Of a DNA stretch of 64,000 nt, positions 47,740 through 56,477 are shown piece by piece. Under the pieces are notes generated by a model. The model saw only the letters and a program-made list of their open reading frames with translations. It searched no databases and had not been told where the DNA came from. How positions within the stretch are numbered: the stretch's first letter is position 1; each line of letters begins with the position of its first letter. A program made the translations under genes and the position numbers. Source of the DNA: an uncultured delta proteobacterium (lineage in GTDB: Bacteria; Myxococcota_A; Polyangia; Polyangiales; Houyiibacteriaceae); assembly GCA_963699755.1 (NCBI GenBank), contig CAVOVB010000001.1, positions 1,248,001 to 1,312,000 on the forward strand. The letters run 5' to 3'.

Positions 47740-49626
47740 TTATGCGTAGCCGATGGCCTGCAGGCGTTCGGCGATTTCGTCGAGGATGACCGGGTCGTCG
47801 ATCGTTGCCGGCATCTTCCATTGCGCCCCGTCCGCGATCTTCTTCATCGTGCCGCGCAGAATCTTGCCTGAACGAGTCTTGGGTAGGCGCTGCACGACGA
47901 TCGCGGTCTTAAAAGCCGCAACCGGGCCAATCTCGTCGCGGACCATCTGGATGACCTCGGACACGATCTCGTGCTCGGGGCGATCGACGCCCGCATTGAG
48001 TACCAAGAGGCCAAGTGGGATCTCGCCCTTGAGCTGATCGGCGACGCCCATGACCGCGCATTCGGCCACGTCTGCGTGCGCCGAAATGACTTCTTCCATG
48101 CCGCCGGTCGATAGGCGATGTCCGGCAACGTTGATGATGTCGTCGGTCCGGGACATCACGTAGACGTAGCCATCGTCATCGATGAAGCCCGCGTCCGCGG
48201 TCTTGTAGTAGCCGGGAAACTCGGTCATGTACGAGCTCACGAAGCGGTCGTCGTCGTTCCAAAGCGTCGGCAGCGATCCTGGAGGAAGCGGAAGCTTGAC
48301 CACCAACGCCCCTGTCTTCCCGCGCGGAAGCTCGTGACAACCCTCGTCGACGACGCGAACGTCCCAGCCGGGCACGGCAATCGTCGGCGACCCGTGCTTG
48401 ATCGGAAGCTGCTCGATTCCTAGGCAATTCGCACAGATTGCCCAGCCGGTTTCGGTTTGCCACCAATGATCGATGACCGGTACGCCAAGCTTTGCTTCCG
48501 CCCATTGCAAGGTATCGGGGTCAGACCGCTCGCCGGCTAAGAACAAGGCGCGCAGCGTGCTCGTGTCGTAGTCGCCGAGCAGCTCTCCGTTGGGGTCTTC
48601 CTTCTTGATCGCACGAAACGCGGTCGGAGCGGTGAAGAGGCAGTTGACCCCATGGTCCTCGATGACTCGCCAGAATGCACCGGCATCCGGCGTCCCCACC
48701 GGCTTCCCCTCGTAGAGGATCGTCGTGGTTCCGTTCAGAAGCGGCCCGTAAACGATGTAGGAATGGCCGACGACCCAGCCCACGTCTGAGGCAGCCCAGT
48801 ACACTTCACCAGGCTGAACACCATAGACATTGCGCATCGACCACCGAAGCGCGACCGCATGACCTCCGTTGTCACGAACCACGCCTTTGGGGATGCCAGT
48901 GGTTCCGGAGGTGTACAGGATATACAGGGGATCGGTGGCGGCAACGGGCACGCAATCGTGTGGCTTGGCTGCTGCCACCGCGTCTTGCCAGGATGTGTCA
49001 CGGCCCTCGGTCAACTCACACTCGCAGCTTTCGCGCTGCCGGATGATGCATCTCTCGGGCTTGTGCTTCGATAGCTCGATCGCCTGATCGAGCAAGGGCT
49101 TGTATTCGATGACGCGCATGCCTTCGATGCCGCAAGACGCGGAAACGATGATCTTTGGCTCGGCATCGTCGATGCGGGTTGCCAGCTCCTGCGGGGCGAA
49201 TCCACCGAACACCACCGAGTGCACTGCACCTAGCCGCGCGCAGGCTAGCATCGCGATGACCGCCTCGGGGATCATCGGCATGTAGAGCAGGATCCGGTCG
49301 CCCTTGACGACGCCTTGCGATGCCAGAGCGCCTGCGAAGATGGCGACCTCCTTTCGGAGCTGACGATAGGTGTAGGTTCTTCGCTGGCGTGTGACCGCGC
49401 TGTCGTAGATGAGGGCCGCTTGATTCCCGCGCTTCTCGACGTGCCGGTCCAGGGCGTTGTAACAGGTGTTGAGTTGCGCTCCGGTGAACCAACGATAGAA
49501 CGGAGGGTTCGAGCTATCGAGGACCTTGTCCCAGCGCTTGATCCAGTCAATTCCCTCTGCCTGCTCTGCCCAAAAACCTTCTGGGTCTTCGAGCGAACGA
49601 CGACGCATTTCCAAAGTTGCCGACAT
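47740..49626 (-). CDS. prpE: Propionyl-CoA synthetase
   Basis: LYTSGTTGIPKGVVRDNGGH, FLAGERSDP, DHWWQTETGW, LPKTRSGKILRG; GGAG SD. Confidence 0.9.
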   Translation of the reverse strand: MSATLEMRRRSLEDPEGFWAEQAEGIDWIKRWDKVLDSSNPPFYRWFTGAQLNTCYNALDRHVEKRGNQAALIYDSAVTRQRRTYTYRQLRKEVAIFAGALASQGVVKGDRILLYMPMIPEAVIAMLACARLGAVHSVVFGGFAPQELATRIDDAEPKIIVSASCGIEGMRVIEYKPLLDQAIELSKHKPERCIIRQRESCECELTEGRDTSWQDAVAAAKPHDCVPVAATDPLYILYTSGTTGIPKGVVRDNGGHAVALRWSMRNVYGVQPGEVYWAASDVGWVVGHSYIVYGPLLNGTTTILYEGKPVGTPDAGAFWRVIEDHGVNCLFTAPTAFRAIKKEDPNGELLGDYDTSTLRALFLAGERSDPDTLQWAEAKLGVPVIDHWWQTETGWAICANCLGIEQLPIKHGSPTIAVPGWDVRVVDEGCHELPRGKTGALVVKLPLPPGSLPTLWNDDDRFVSSYMTEFPGYYKTADAGFIDDDGYVYVMSRTDDIINVAGHRLSTGGMEEVISAHADVAECAVMGVADQLKGEIPLGLLVLNAGVDRPEHEIVSEVIQMVRDEIGPVAAFKTAIVVQRLPKTRSGKILRGTMKKIADGAQWKMPATIDDPVILDEIAERLQAIGYA

Positions 49627-49754
49627 GATGAAGCTCTCCGGCGCGTTACAATACTGCGGCGCTCCGTCGAAAGCGAGCGTCTTCGAACGAAGAGAGCGCC
49701 CCTGGGGTTGACTTCGCGCGTCAGCTAGTCAGTGTTTCCGGAGGAGACTCGTGA

Positions 49755-50609
49755 ATGAAGTCTGGAATTTCTTGCTGCTCCCGCATGTTCGCATTCGCTT
49801 TCGTGTTCGGTCTTGGATTCTCGCTCGTTTCCTGCAAGGCGGATCAGCTCAGCGGCCTCGGCGCCGAGATTGTTCTGCTCTACGACGAGCCCCTAGGTTG
49901 CGAGAACCTCGGCGAGGTCATCGGGCGAGGCGGCGGCCTGACGGGAGCCTACTCCAAGCCATCCATCAATGAGGAGTCCGCGGAGAACAACGCCCGGAAT
50001 CAGGCCGCCGAAAGAGGCGCAACCCATCTCTTGTTGCGTGCGGAGGAAGTCGCTCAGGGCGATGGCCATCAGCCGGACGAGAAAGACACGGAGCCTGAAT
50101 TGGCCCATGGGTACGGCACGGGCTCCAACGTCACGGTCTCGGGAACGGCGTTCAAGTGCCCTCCAGGGGCGGCTCCAAAGACGAGCGCGATGCAGATCGA
50201 GCGGGGGACCGCCCTCGTCGAAATTCCTGCGCCGACGTCGATCTCGGTGGCTCCCCTCGGACCGCTCAAGAGGGTGATCGTCTTCCATCGATCTCCGCTT
50301 CCATCGGGGGGCGGGATGGGTGAAACCGAACAACTCAAGGTCGAGGACCCAGCGGAGATCCAGCAGGTTGTCGATTCGTTGCAAGAGCTGGCTTTGGATC
50401 CGATGAAGTTCATTCCTACACATCGCGTGGAGCTCGTGGGTGAGCTGGGTGTTCAATCGCTGCTCTATGGATTTGGGTATCTGCAGTACGCGGGCGCAGT
50501 CTACCGACTCACGACCGCTGACTTCGAGCTCGTCTTGCAGCTGAGGGAAGCGCCGCCGCCGGAGCTCGAGCCGCGGCCACCCATGGTGGAAGACTCGGCG
50601 GGGCCGTAG
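49755..50609 (+). CDS. DUF4156-like lipoprotein with extra C-terminal domain
   Basis: GGAGGAG SD; lipobox LVSC; CENLGEV...ARNQAAERGATH...GTAFKC pattern. Confidence 0.6.
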   Translation: MKSGISCCSRMFAFAFVFGLGFSLVSCKADQLSGLGAEIVLLYDEPLGCENLGEVIGRGGGLTGAYSKPSINEESAENNARNQAAERGATHLLLRAEEVAQGDGHQPDEKDTEPELAHGYGTGSNVTVSGTAFKCPPGAAPKTSAMQIERGTALVEIPAPTSISVAPLGPLKRVIVFHRSPLPSGGGMGETEQLKVEDPAEIQQVVDSLQELALDPMKFIPTHRVELVGELGVQSLLYGFGYLQYAGAVYRLTTADFELVLQLREAPPPELEPRPPMVEDSAGP

Positions 50610-50622
50610 TCCTTCGAGCCGC

Positions 50623-51648
50623 CTATGCGAGATCGAGCCTTCGTACGAATCGGCGCAGGTGGCCGATCGCGCTCGGCATGTGGGGGATGAATCCCATGTG
50701 GCCCGTTCGGTACCAATGAATCTCGGGCTCGCCCCAGCGTCTCCACATCGCGCGCATCACCTCTGCATCGAAGAAGCGGTCGTGCTCTGCCGCGAGGAGC
50801 AGGATGCGTTCGCTCGGTATGACGGGCACTAGCTCGTTCCAGCCGATTCTTTCGAAAAAATTGCCAAAGTCCGAAGGAGTCCAGCCAAACCGGGCGAGGT
50901 CTTTCCGCATCGCGCCCAGCACCGGGGCATCCCGGAGCAGCGCGCCCATGTGCATGTGCGCGATGAGCGGTGCTGCAAAGGCGAAGCGAGGCTCGAGGCA
51001 GGCTAGGCTTGCGGTAAACGCCCCCCCGAGTGAAAGGCCCGCCACGCCGACCGGGCTCGGCGATTGGTCGAACATGACCGAAAGCAGGGTTCGGGCGTCG
51101 AGAATGGTTTGGCGCATGGCCTCGAAGCTCCGCACCACGTCGGCCGTCCAGAAGCGCTCGCCGTCATAGGGGGAGCTGCGCGGCTTGCGGCGGCCGTGGT
51201 ACGGCGGCTGAAGGTGGAAGATCTCGATGTCGAGCGTTCGAGCGATTGCACCTAGCAATCCGTGCTCCTCGACCACCGTCTCCGGCTGCATGTAGCCATG
51301 GATGTAAAGAAGTCGCGGACGGCCCTCAGTGCCCTTGGGTCGAATACGCCGTACGTAGACGGTCTGGATGCGGCGGCTGCGCGCATGGTAGTGCGCGTTG
51401 AAACTCGGCTCGATGGGCTCGTGCTGCGAAGCGAAAGACAAGTCCTCGTTGTCGAAACCGGGCAGCGACCATCGCCGGCGCTTACGAACCCGCGGAAGTC
51501 GGTCGGGCGCGGGGAAGAGCTCCTCGCGCGTGGCGCCCTCGTAGGCGGCAAGACGGCCGAGCGTATTGTGCGGACGCGAACGAAGGAGCTGCAGCGGGCG
51601 CACCAGCACGCCCGTTACGTCATCGAGATTCGGCAAGGAGCCCTTCAT
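50623..51648 (-). CDS. Alpha/beta hydrolase (ABHD18/DUF2048-like)
   Basis: YIHGY, PYHGRR, nucleophile elbow GLSLGG, HDRF, TGHM. Confidence 0.8.
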   Translation of the reverse strand: MKGSLPNLDDVTGVLVRPLQLLRSRPHNTLGRLAAYEGATREELFPAPDRLPRVRKRRRWSLPGFDNEDLSFASQHEPIEPSFNAHYHARSRRIQTVYVRRIRPKGTEGRPRLLYIHGYMQPETVVEEHGLLGAIARTLDIEIFHLQPPYHGRRKPRSSPYDGERFWTADVVRSFEAMRQTILDARTLLSVMFDQSPSPVGVAGLSLGGAFTASLACLEPRFAFAAPLIAHMHMGALLRDAPVLGAMRKDLARFGWTPSDFGNFFERIGWNELVPVIPSERILLLAAEHDRFFDAEVMRAMWRRWGEPEIHWYRTGHMGFIPHMPSAIGHLRRFVRRLDLA

Positions 51649-52612
51649 TCACCAACCAGTCGTAGTTGTCTTTGACGGCAGCCTGCATGGGTTGGATTCG
51701 ATAACCGAGCTCGCGAATCGCTCGGTCGCTCGAGAAGTGTGCCTCGGTTCCGCTCGTGATTGCGGCGATCTCAGGCGTAATGTCAGGCTCGTTGCCGGTA
51801 ACGGCGGCCAGCATCACGGAAAGCCGGCCGAATACCTTGAGCACCCAGGCGGGTGCAGTCCTCGGGGCCTTGGCGCCTGACAGCCGAGCTACTTCTGCCA
51901 CGAACTCCGCCATGGTGCAGTCCTGGCCGCATAGAATGTATCGCTCGCCGTTCCGGCCTTGGGTAACCGCGCTGAGATGCGCCTCCACCACGTCCCGGAC
52001 GTGGGTGAACGAGGTCAGACCAGGGGGAACTGCCGGTAGAGCACGGTCGCGGAGCAAAAAGAAGATCTGCCCCCAGTTGCTGGTATCATACGGACCCACG
52101 ACGTTCCCGGGGTTCAACACCACGACTTTCATGCCGAGCTGGACCCCTTTGAGCGCCTCGAGCTCGCCCAGATGCTTACTGCGTTCGTAGTTGATCCACG
52201 AGTCCTTGCCCTCGCGCGGAGTTTCTTCGGTCACGCGACCTTTGACACGCCCCCAGGCGGCGTTGCTCGAGGTGTGAACGAAGGTGCCGACCCCCTTTGC
52301 CGCGGCCGCCTCGACCATGTTTCGGGTTCCGTCGATGTTGATCTCGTTCTGCCTGGCATTGCCTTTCGACCAGAAGCTGGTGTCCCCTGCAACATGGAAG
52401 ACGACGTCGGTGCCAGCGGGGATCGCTCGATCGAGCGATGCGCGATCGGTGATGGAGCCTTCGGCGAGCTCGATCGGCAAACGGTTCAGATAGCCGAGCT
52501 TGGAGCTAGAGCGATGGAGCGCCGTGACTTTCCAGCCGCGCTCTACGAGCAATTCGACGAGATTGATTCCGATGAAGCCGGTCCCGCCGGTTACGAATGC
52601 GGACTGTGGCAT
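51620..52612 (-). CDS. NAD-dependent epimerase/dehydratase, dihydroflavonol-reductase/HpnA-like SDR
   Basis: FVTGGTGFIG, VFHVAG, YERSK, HVRDVVEAH, GERYIL. Confidence 0.85.
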   Translation of the reverse strand: MPQSAFVTGGTGFIGINLVELLVERGWKVTALHRSSSKLGYLNRLPIELAEGSITDRASLDRAIPAGTDVVFHVAGDTSFWSKGNARQNEINIDGTRNMVEAAAAKGVGTFVHTSSNAAWGRVKGRVTEETPREGKDSWINYERSKHLGELEALKGVQLGMKVVVLNPGNVVGPYDTSNWGQIFFLLRDRALPAVPPGLTSFTHVRDVVEAHLSAVTQGRNGERYILCGQDCTMAEFVAEVARLSGAKAPRTAPAWVLKVFGRLSVMLAAVTGNEPDITPEIAAITSGTEAHFSSDRAIRELGYRIQPMQAAVKDNYDWLVNEGLLAESR

Positions 52613-52762
52613 AGCGAGTCTTCTTTCTTGCGCACGATAGTCTCCGCTTGATCGCGGCCGTGTCAATCAGCCAGGCGAGGTCCGAGGAGTCTCCTCGGAG
52701 TGCGGCCCATGTCCGCATGACCCGATCTTGCGGCGGCTATCGGATCGACCCAGACTCCGGCC

Positions 52763-53977
52763 GTGGCTGGAAATGAGACTCGCGTCCTTCTTCTCGAAGG
52801 CATTCACGAAACCGCCGTCGACAGCTTCGCCGCCGCCGGCTACCCGAACGTCGAGCGCCTCGGCCATTCCTTGGCCGGCTCGGATCTGCTTACTGCCATT
52901 GCGAACGTCGATCTGATTGGGATCCGATCCGGCACCAAAATCGACGCTGCGGCGCTCGCCGCTGCGAAGAAACTCAAGGCCGTCGGATGCTTCTGTATCG
53001 GCACCAACCAGGTCGACCTGGACTCGGCTCGACGCCTCGGCATCCCCGTTTTCAATGCGCCCTTTTCAAACACCCGAAGCGTTGCCGAGCTTGCAATCGC
53101 CGACATCATCTTGCTGATGCGCGGAATTCCCGAGAAGTCGGCTCGCGCCCGGCGTGGCGAATGGGCCAAGACGGCACGTAACGCCTACGAGGTTCGCGGG
53201 AAGTGCTTGGGGATCGTCGGCTACGGCCGAATCGGAACCCAGCTCGGTATCCTAGCAGAGGGCCTCGGGATGCGCGTGCTCTACTACGACATCGAGCACA
53301 AGCTTCCGCTCGGCAACGCCGCGCCCGCGGCCACTCTCGAAGAGCTCTTCGCCCAGGCTGACGTCGTCAGCCTCCACGTCCCCGAGACGCCGGCCACACT
53401 CAACATGATCGACGCGAAGGCGCTGAGCGGCATGCGTCCGGGCTCACTCTTGATCAACGCGGCGCGCGGCACCGTGGTCGACATCGAGGCGCTCGCCGAA
53501 GCCCTCGCATCGGGGCAGATCGGAGGCGCAGCAATCGATGTCTTCCCAGTCGAGCCCAAGTCGAACCAAGAGATCTTCGAGTCACCGCTTCGCCAGTTCG
53601 ACAACGTGATTCTCACGCCACACATCGGCGGCGCCACCGAAGAAGCACAATACAACATCGCCCGCGAGGTGGTGGCCAAGCTGGTGAAGTATCATGCCAA
53701 CGGCTCCAGCGTGTCGGCCGTAAACTTCCCGCAGGTCACGATTCCCGATCACCGAGGTCGCCGACGCATTTTACATATCCACAGAAACGAGCCCGGAGTC
53801 ATGGAGCAGATCAACCGCGTATTCTCTTCGCACGGGGTGAACGTCGCTGCACAGTACCTGGAGACCTACGCGGACGTCGGCTATGTCGTGATGGATGTGG
53901 AGCTCGACGACGCCGGCTCGCTTCTCAGCGAGCTCGAGGCCATTGCGGCAACGATCCGGGTACGAATTCTTCGTTGA
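52763..53977 (+). CDS. serA: D-3-phosphoglycerate dehydrogenase with C-terminal ACT domain
   Basis: GCFCIGTNQVDL, NAPFSNTRSVAEL, GYGRIG, LTPHIGG, HIHRNEPG. Confidence 0.95.
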   Translation: MAGNETRVLLLEGIHETAVDSFAAAGYPNVERLGHSLAGSDLLTAIANVDLIGIRSGTKIDAAALAAAKKLKAVGCFCIGTNQVDLDSARRLGIPVFNAPFSNTRSVAELAIADIILLMRGIPEKSARARRGEWAKTARNAYEVRGKCLGIVGYGRIGTQLGILAEGLGMRVLYYDIEHKLPLGNAAPAATLEELFAQADVVSLHVPETPATLNMIDAKALSGMRPGSLLINAARGTVVDIEALAEALASGQIGGAAIDVFPVEPKSNQEIFESPLRQFDNVILTPHIGGATEEAQYNIAREVVAKLVKYHANGSSVSAVNFPQVTIPDHRGRRRILHIHRNEPGVMEQINRVFSSHGVNVAAQYLETYADVGYVVMDVELDDAGSLLSELEAIAATIRVRILR

Positions 53978-53979
53978 GG

Positions 53980-55092
53980 CTACCGTATCTCGGTCGCCGC
54001 GGTTGCGACGTCCCCCTCGTCCGTTTGGGAATCGTCGACCCAGGCCATGAATACCGTATAGCCGAGCGACAAGACCACTGCGCCGACGAACAAGCCGAGG
54101 ATACCACCCGCGATGAACCCGCCAATCGAACCCATGAAGAGGACTAACATCGGCACGGGCGAGCCGCGCCCCATCAGCAAGGGTTTCAGGACATTGTCGC
54201 TCAGTCCGACCGAGACAGACCAGATCGCGAACAGAACGGCTACGGCCGTCGAGCTCGTGTAGAACACGTAGACGATCACCGGAATCAAGACCAGCGCCGG
54301 CGGAAGCTGCATCACCGCGAGAATCAGGATGAATAGCGTCCACAAGCCGGCGGCTGGTACGCCTACCAGCAGCATCCCCAGGCCGGAAAGGAGGGACTGA
54401 ATCGCGGCGACCCCGAGAACGCCACGCGTCACGCTTTGCACGCTGGATGCTGCCAAATCGGCGAGCTTGGGGCCTCGTGGCCCGACGATGATGTACGCGA
54501 CCTTCTCTGCCAGTCGTGCAGCTCGCTCGCCATTAGGGAGGATTGCGCCCGCAATCAAGATCGCCACGATGAAGAAGGCCAGACCCACGCCTAGGTTCCC
54601 GACGCTCGACACCAGCCAAACTCCAAAGTCCCTCATGTAGGGTGCGAGCTTCACCAAAGCGGTCTCCAAATTCTGAGACGCCCCGAGCCACAGTGCGTGC
54701 AGTTGAGAGCCGATGACCGGCCAGTCCGCAACGAAATCTGGCGGCGCTGGGATCGTAATCTGGTCGCGGGTGAAATCAGCCGACAGACGGTCGATCGAAT
54801 CCACCAGGCTTGCTCCGAGGGCGACGGTTGGAACGATGAGCAGGAGCAGTGCGACCACCACCATTAGCACGGCGGCGAGCTTCGGGCGCCCGCCGAGCGC
54901 GCGGGTCAGCTTCGCATAGGGCGTCTTTACGGCGATCGCGATCACGACGCCACCGATGATCGGGTTGAGGAACGGCGCCAGGATCCTCAGGCACCAGAAT
55001 ACCAGCAGAGCGAGAAGGCTCAGGCGAACCGCGGCCTGCGTCACGCGACGGTCAAATGCGCGTTCCTCTTCCGTGCTTTGGCGGGCTGTCAT
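53980..55092 (-). CDS. AI-2E family transporter
   Basis: PFLNPI, DNVLKPLLMGRG, GGILGLFVGAVVL motifs. Confidence 0.85.
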   Translation of the reverse strand: MTARQSTEEERAFDRRVTQAAVRLSLLALLVFWCLRILAPFLNPIIGGVVIAIAVKTPYAKLTRALGGRPKLAAVLMVVVALLLLIVPTVALGASLVDSIDRLSADFTRDQITIPAPPDFVADWPVIGSQLHALWLGASQNLETALVKLAPYMRDFGVWLVSSVGNLGVGLAFFIVAILIAGAILPNGERAARLAEKVAYIIVGPRGPKLADLAASSVQSVTRGVLGVAAIQSLLSGLGMLLVGVPAAGLWTLFILILAVMQLPPALVLIPVIVYVFYTSSTAVAVLFAIWSVSVGLSDNVLKPLLMGRGSPVPMLVLFMGSIGGFIAGGILGLFVGAVVLSLGYTVFMAWVDDSQTDEGDVATAATEIR

Positions 55093-55093
55093 T

Positions 55094-55834
55094 TCAGCTC
55101 TCGCCAACCCAGAGCAGCGCTTGGTCTCTCGCGTCCATCGGGAAGGCGCGAACCTCGGCATCGACGAAGCGTGATGCAATTCGTGGCAGCGACGACACCA
55201 CGCGGTCGCCAGTCACGAACGCGACCCGCCGAATCTTGCTGTGATGCTCCCGGACGAAGCGAACATGTGAGCTGAGCGCGGCGAAGTCATCCCAGCCAGG
55301 GAAGTGCTCCGTGACGACCATCAATCCTTTGAGAAGCCCTGCCTTCTCGATGTAAGGGTCCACCTCCGCGCTCAGGCGTTCGAAGTCGGCGGCCTCGAGC
55401 TCTCCCTTTGGCTGCAGAATCAAGACGCCCTTATCCTCGATGAGCTCGAACGACAAATGGCCGCGCGATGGCGGCTCCGATATCCATTGGCGTGCGTCCT
55501 CGAGATCGTCGCCGTCGAACACGCGAACCTCTCCCGGCAATGCGAAGCCGAACGCCTTCACCATCTTTTCGATCCAGTCGACATTCGTCACGACGGCGAC
55601 TCGCTCGAAGGAGGTCAGGTGCTTCATGCCAACCTTGGCGTCTTCCCATGCGGCCCCGCCCGAATAGCCTTTGAACTCGTCCCCGACGACGTACAAGAGG
55701 CGCACCTTCCGGTGCTTGCTGAGCCGCGCTTCGATGGCGGGAACCAGCACGGTTCTGTAGTCCTCAGCGGTGACTTCGCCGCGGGCTCTGAGCCCCAGCA
55801 CGCGGTCGGGAAGGTCGGTCATCACTTCGATCAT
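55094..55834 (-). CDS. Tandem SpoIIAA-like (STAS/SEC14) domain protein
   Basis: GAGGAG SD; two domains, GEVTAEDY...ERVAVVT and GELEAADF...RRVAFVT. Confidence 0.8.
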   Translation of the reverse strand: MIEVMTDLPDRVLGLRARGEVTAEDYRTVLVPAIEARLSKHRKVRLLYVVGDEFKGYSGGAAWEDAKVGMKHLTSFERVAVVTNVDWIEKMVKAFGFALPGEVRVFDGDDLEDARQWISEPPSRGHLSFELIEDKGVLILQPKGELEAADFERLSAEVDPYIEKAGLLKGLMVVTEHFPGWDDFAALSSHVRFVREHHSKIRRVAFVTGDRVVSSLPRIASRFVDAEVRAFPMDARDQALLWVGES

Positions 55835-55976
55835 GGGAGGCTCCTCTCGATAGGTTGGCGATCCTGCCACAATCGCAGAGGCAGACCAATCTGCGCTCCT
55901 CTGCACGCCGACGATTCCTTCGGGCGTGCAGAGCGGTAGCGCTTCGCTTGAAATATGGCACCTTCCCACCAAGCTC

Positions 55977-56465
55977 ATGAGCCGCAAGATCACAATAAAC
56001 AAGGTCGTCACGCTCTCCTACGTCCTGCGCGACAACAGTGGCGAAGTCATCGACGAGTCTAGCGACGGAAGCCCGCTGCTCTACCTTCACGGCGCCCAGA
56101 ACATCGTTCCCGGTCTCGAGGAGCAGCTCGAGGGCGTGGCCGAAGGCGCGTCGATCAAAGCCACGGTCTCGCCTGAAAAGGGATACGGCCCGCGCATCGG
56201 TCAAGCCCAGGAAGTTCCGCGCAACCTCTTTCCCGCCGACGCCGAGCTCACAGCAGGCATGCAGGTCGTTGCACACGACGATCAGGGCCGACAGATCCCA
56301 TTCTTCATCACCGCGATCACCGAAGAGACGATCACGGTGGATCCGAACCATCCGCTCGCCGGTGAAACCCTGCACTTCGAGGTGACCGTCGAGTCGCTCC
56401 GCGATGCATCCGACGAGGAGATCGCGCACGGTCATCCACACGGCCCTGGTGGTCACCACCACTAG
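55977..56465 (+). CDS. slyD: FKBP-type peptidyl-prolyl isomerase SlyD
   Basis: YLHGAQNIVPGLE, VDPNHPLAGETLHFEV, His-rich tail HGHPHGPGGHHH. Confidence 0.92.
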   Translation: MSRKITINKVVTLSYVLRDNSGEVIDESSDGSPLLYLHGAQNIVPGLEEQLEGVAEGASIKATVSPEKGYGPRIGQAQEVPRNLFPADAELTAGMQVVAHDDQGRQIPFFITAITEETITVDPNHPLAGETLHFEVTVESLRDASDEEIAHGHPHGPGGHHH

Positions 56466-56477
56466 CCCTTCCCGAAA

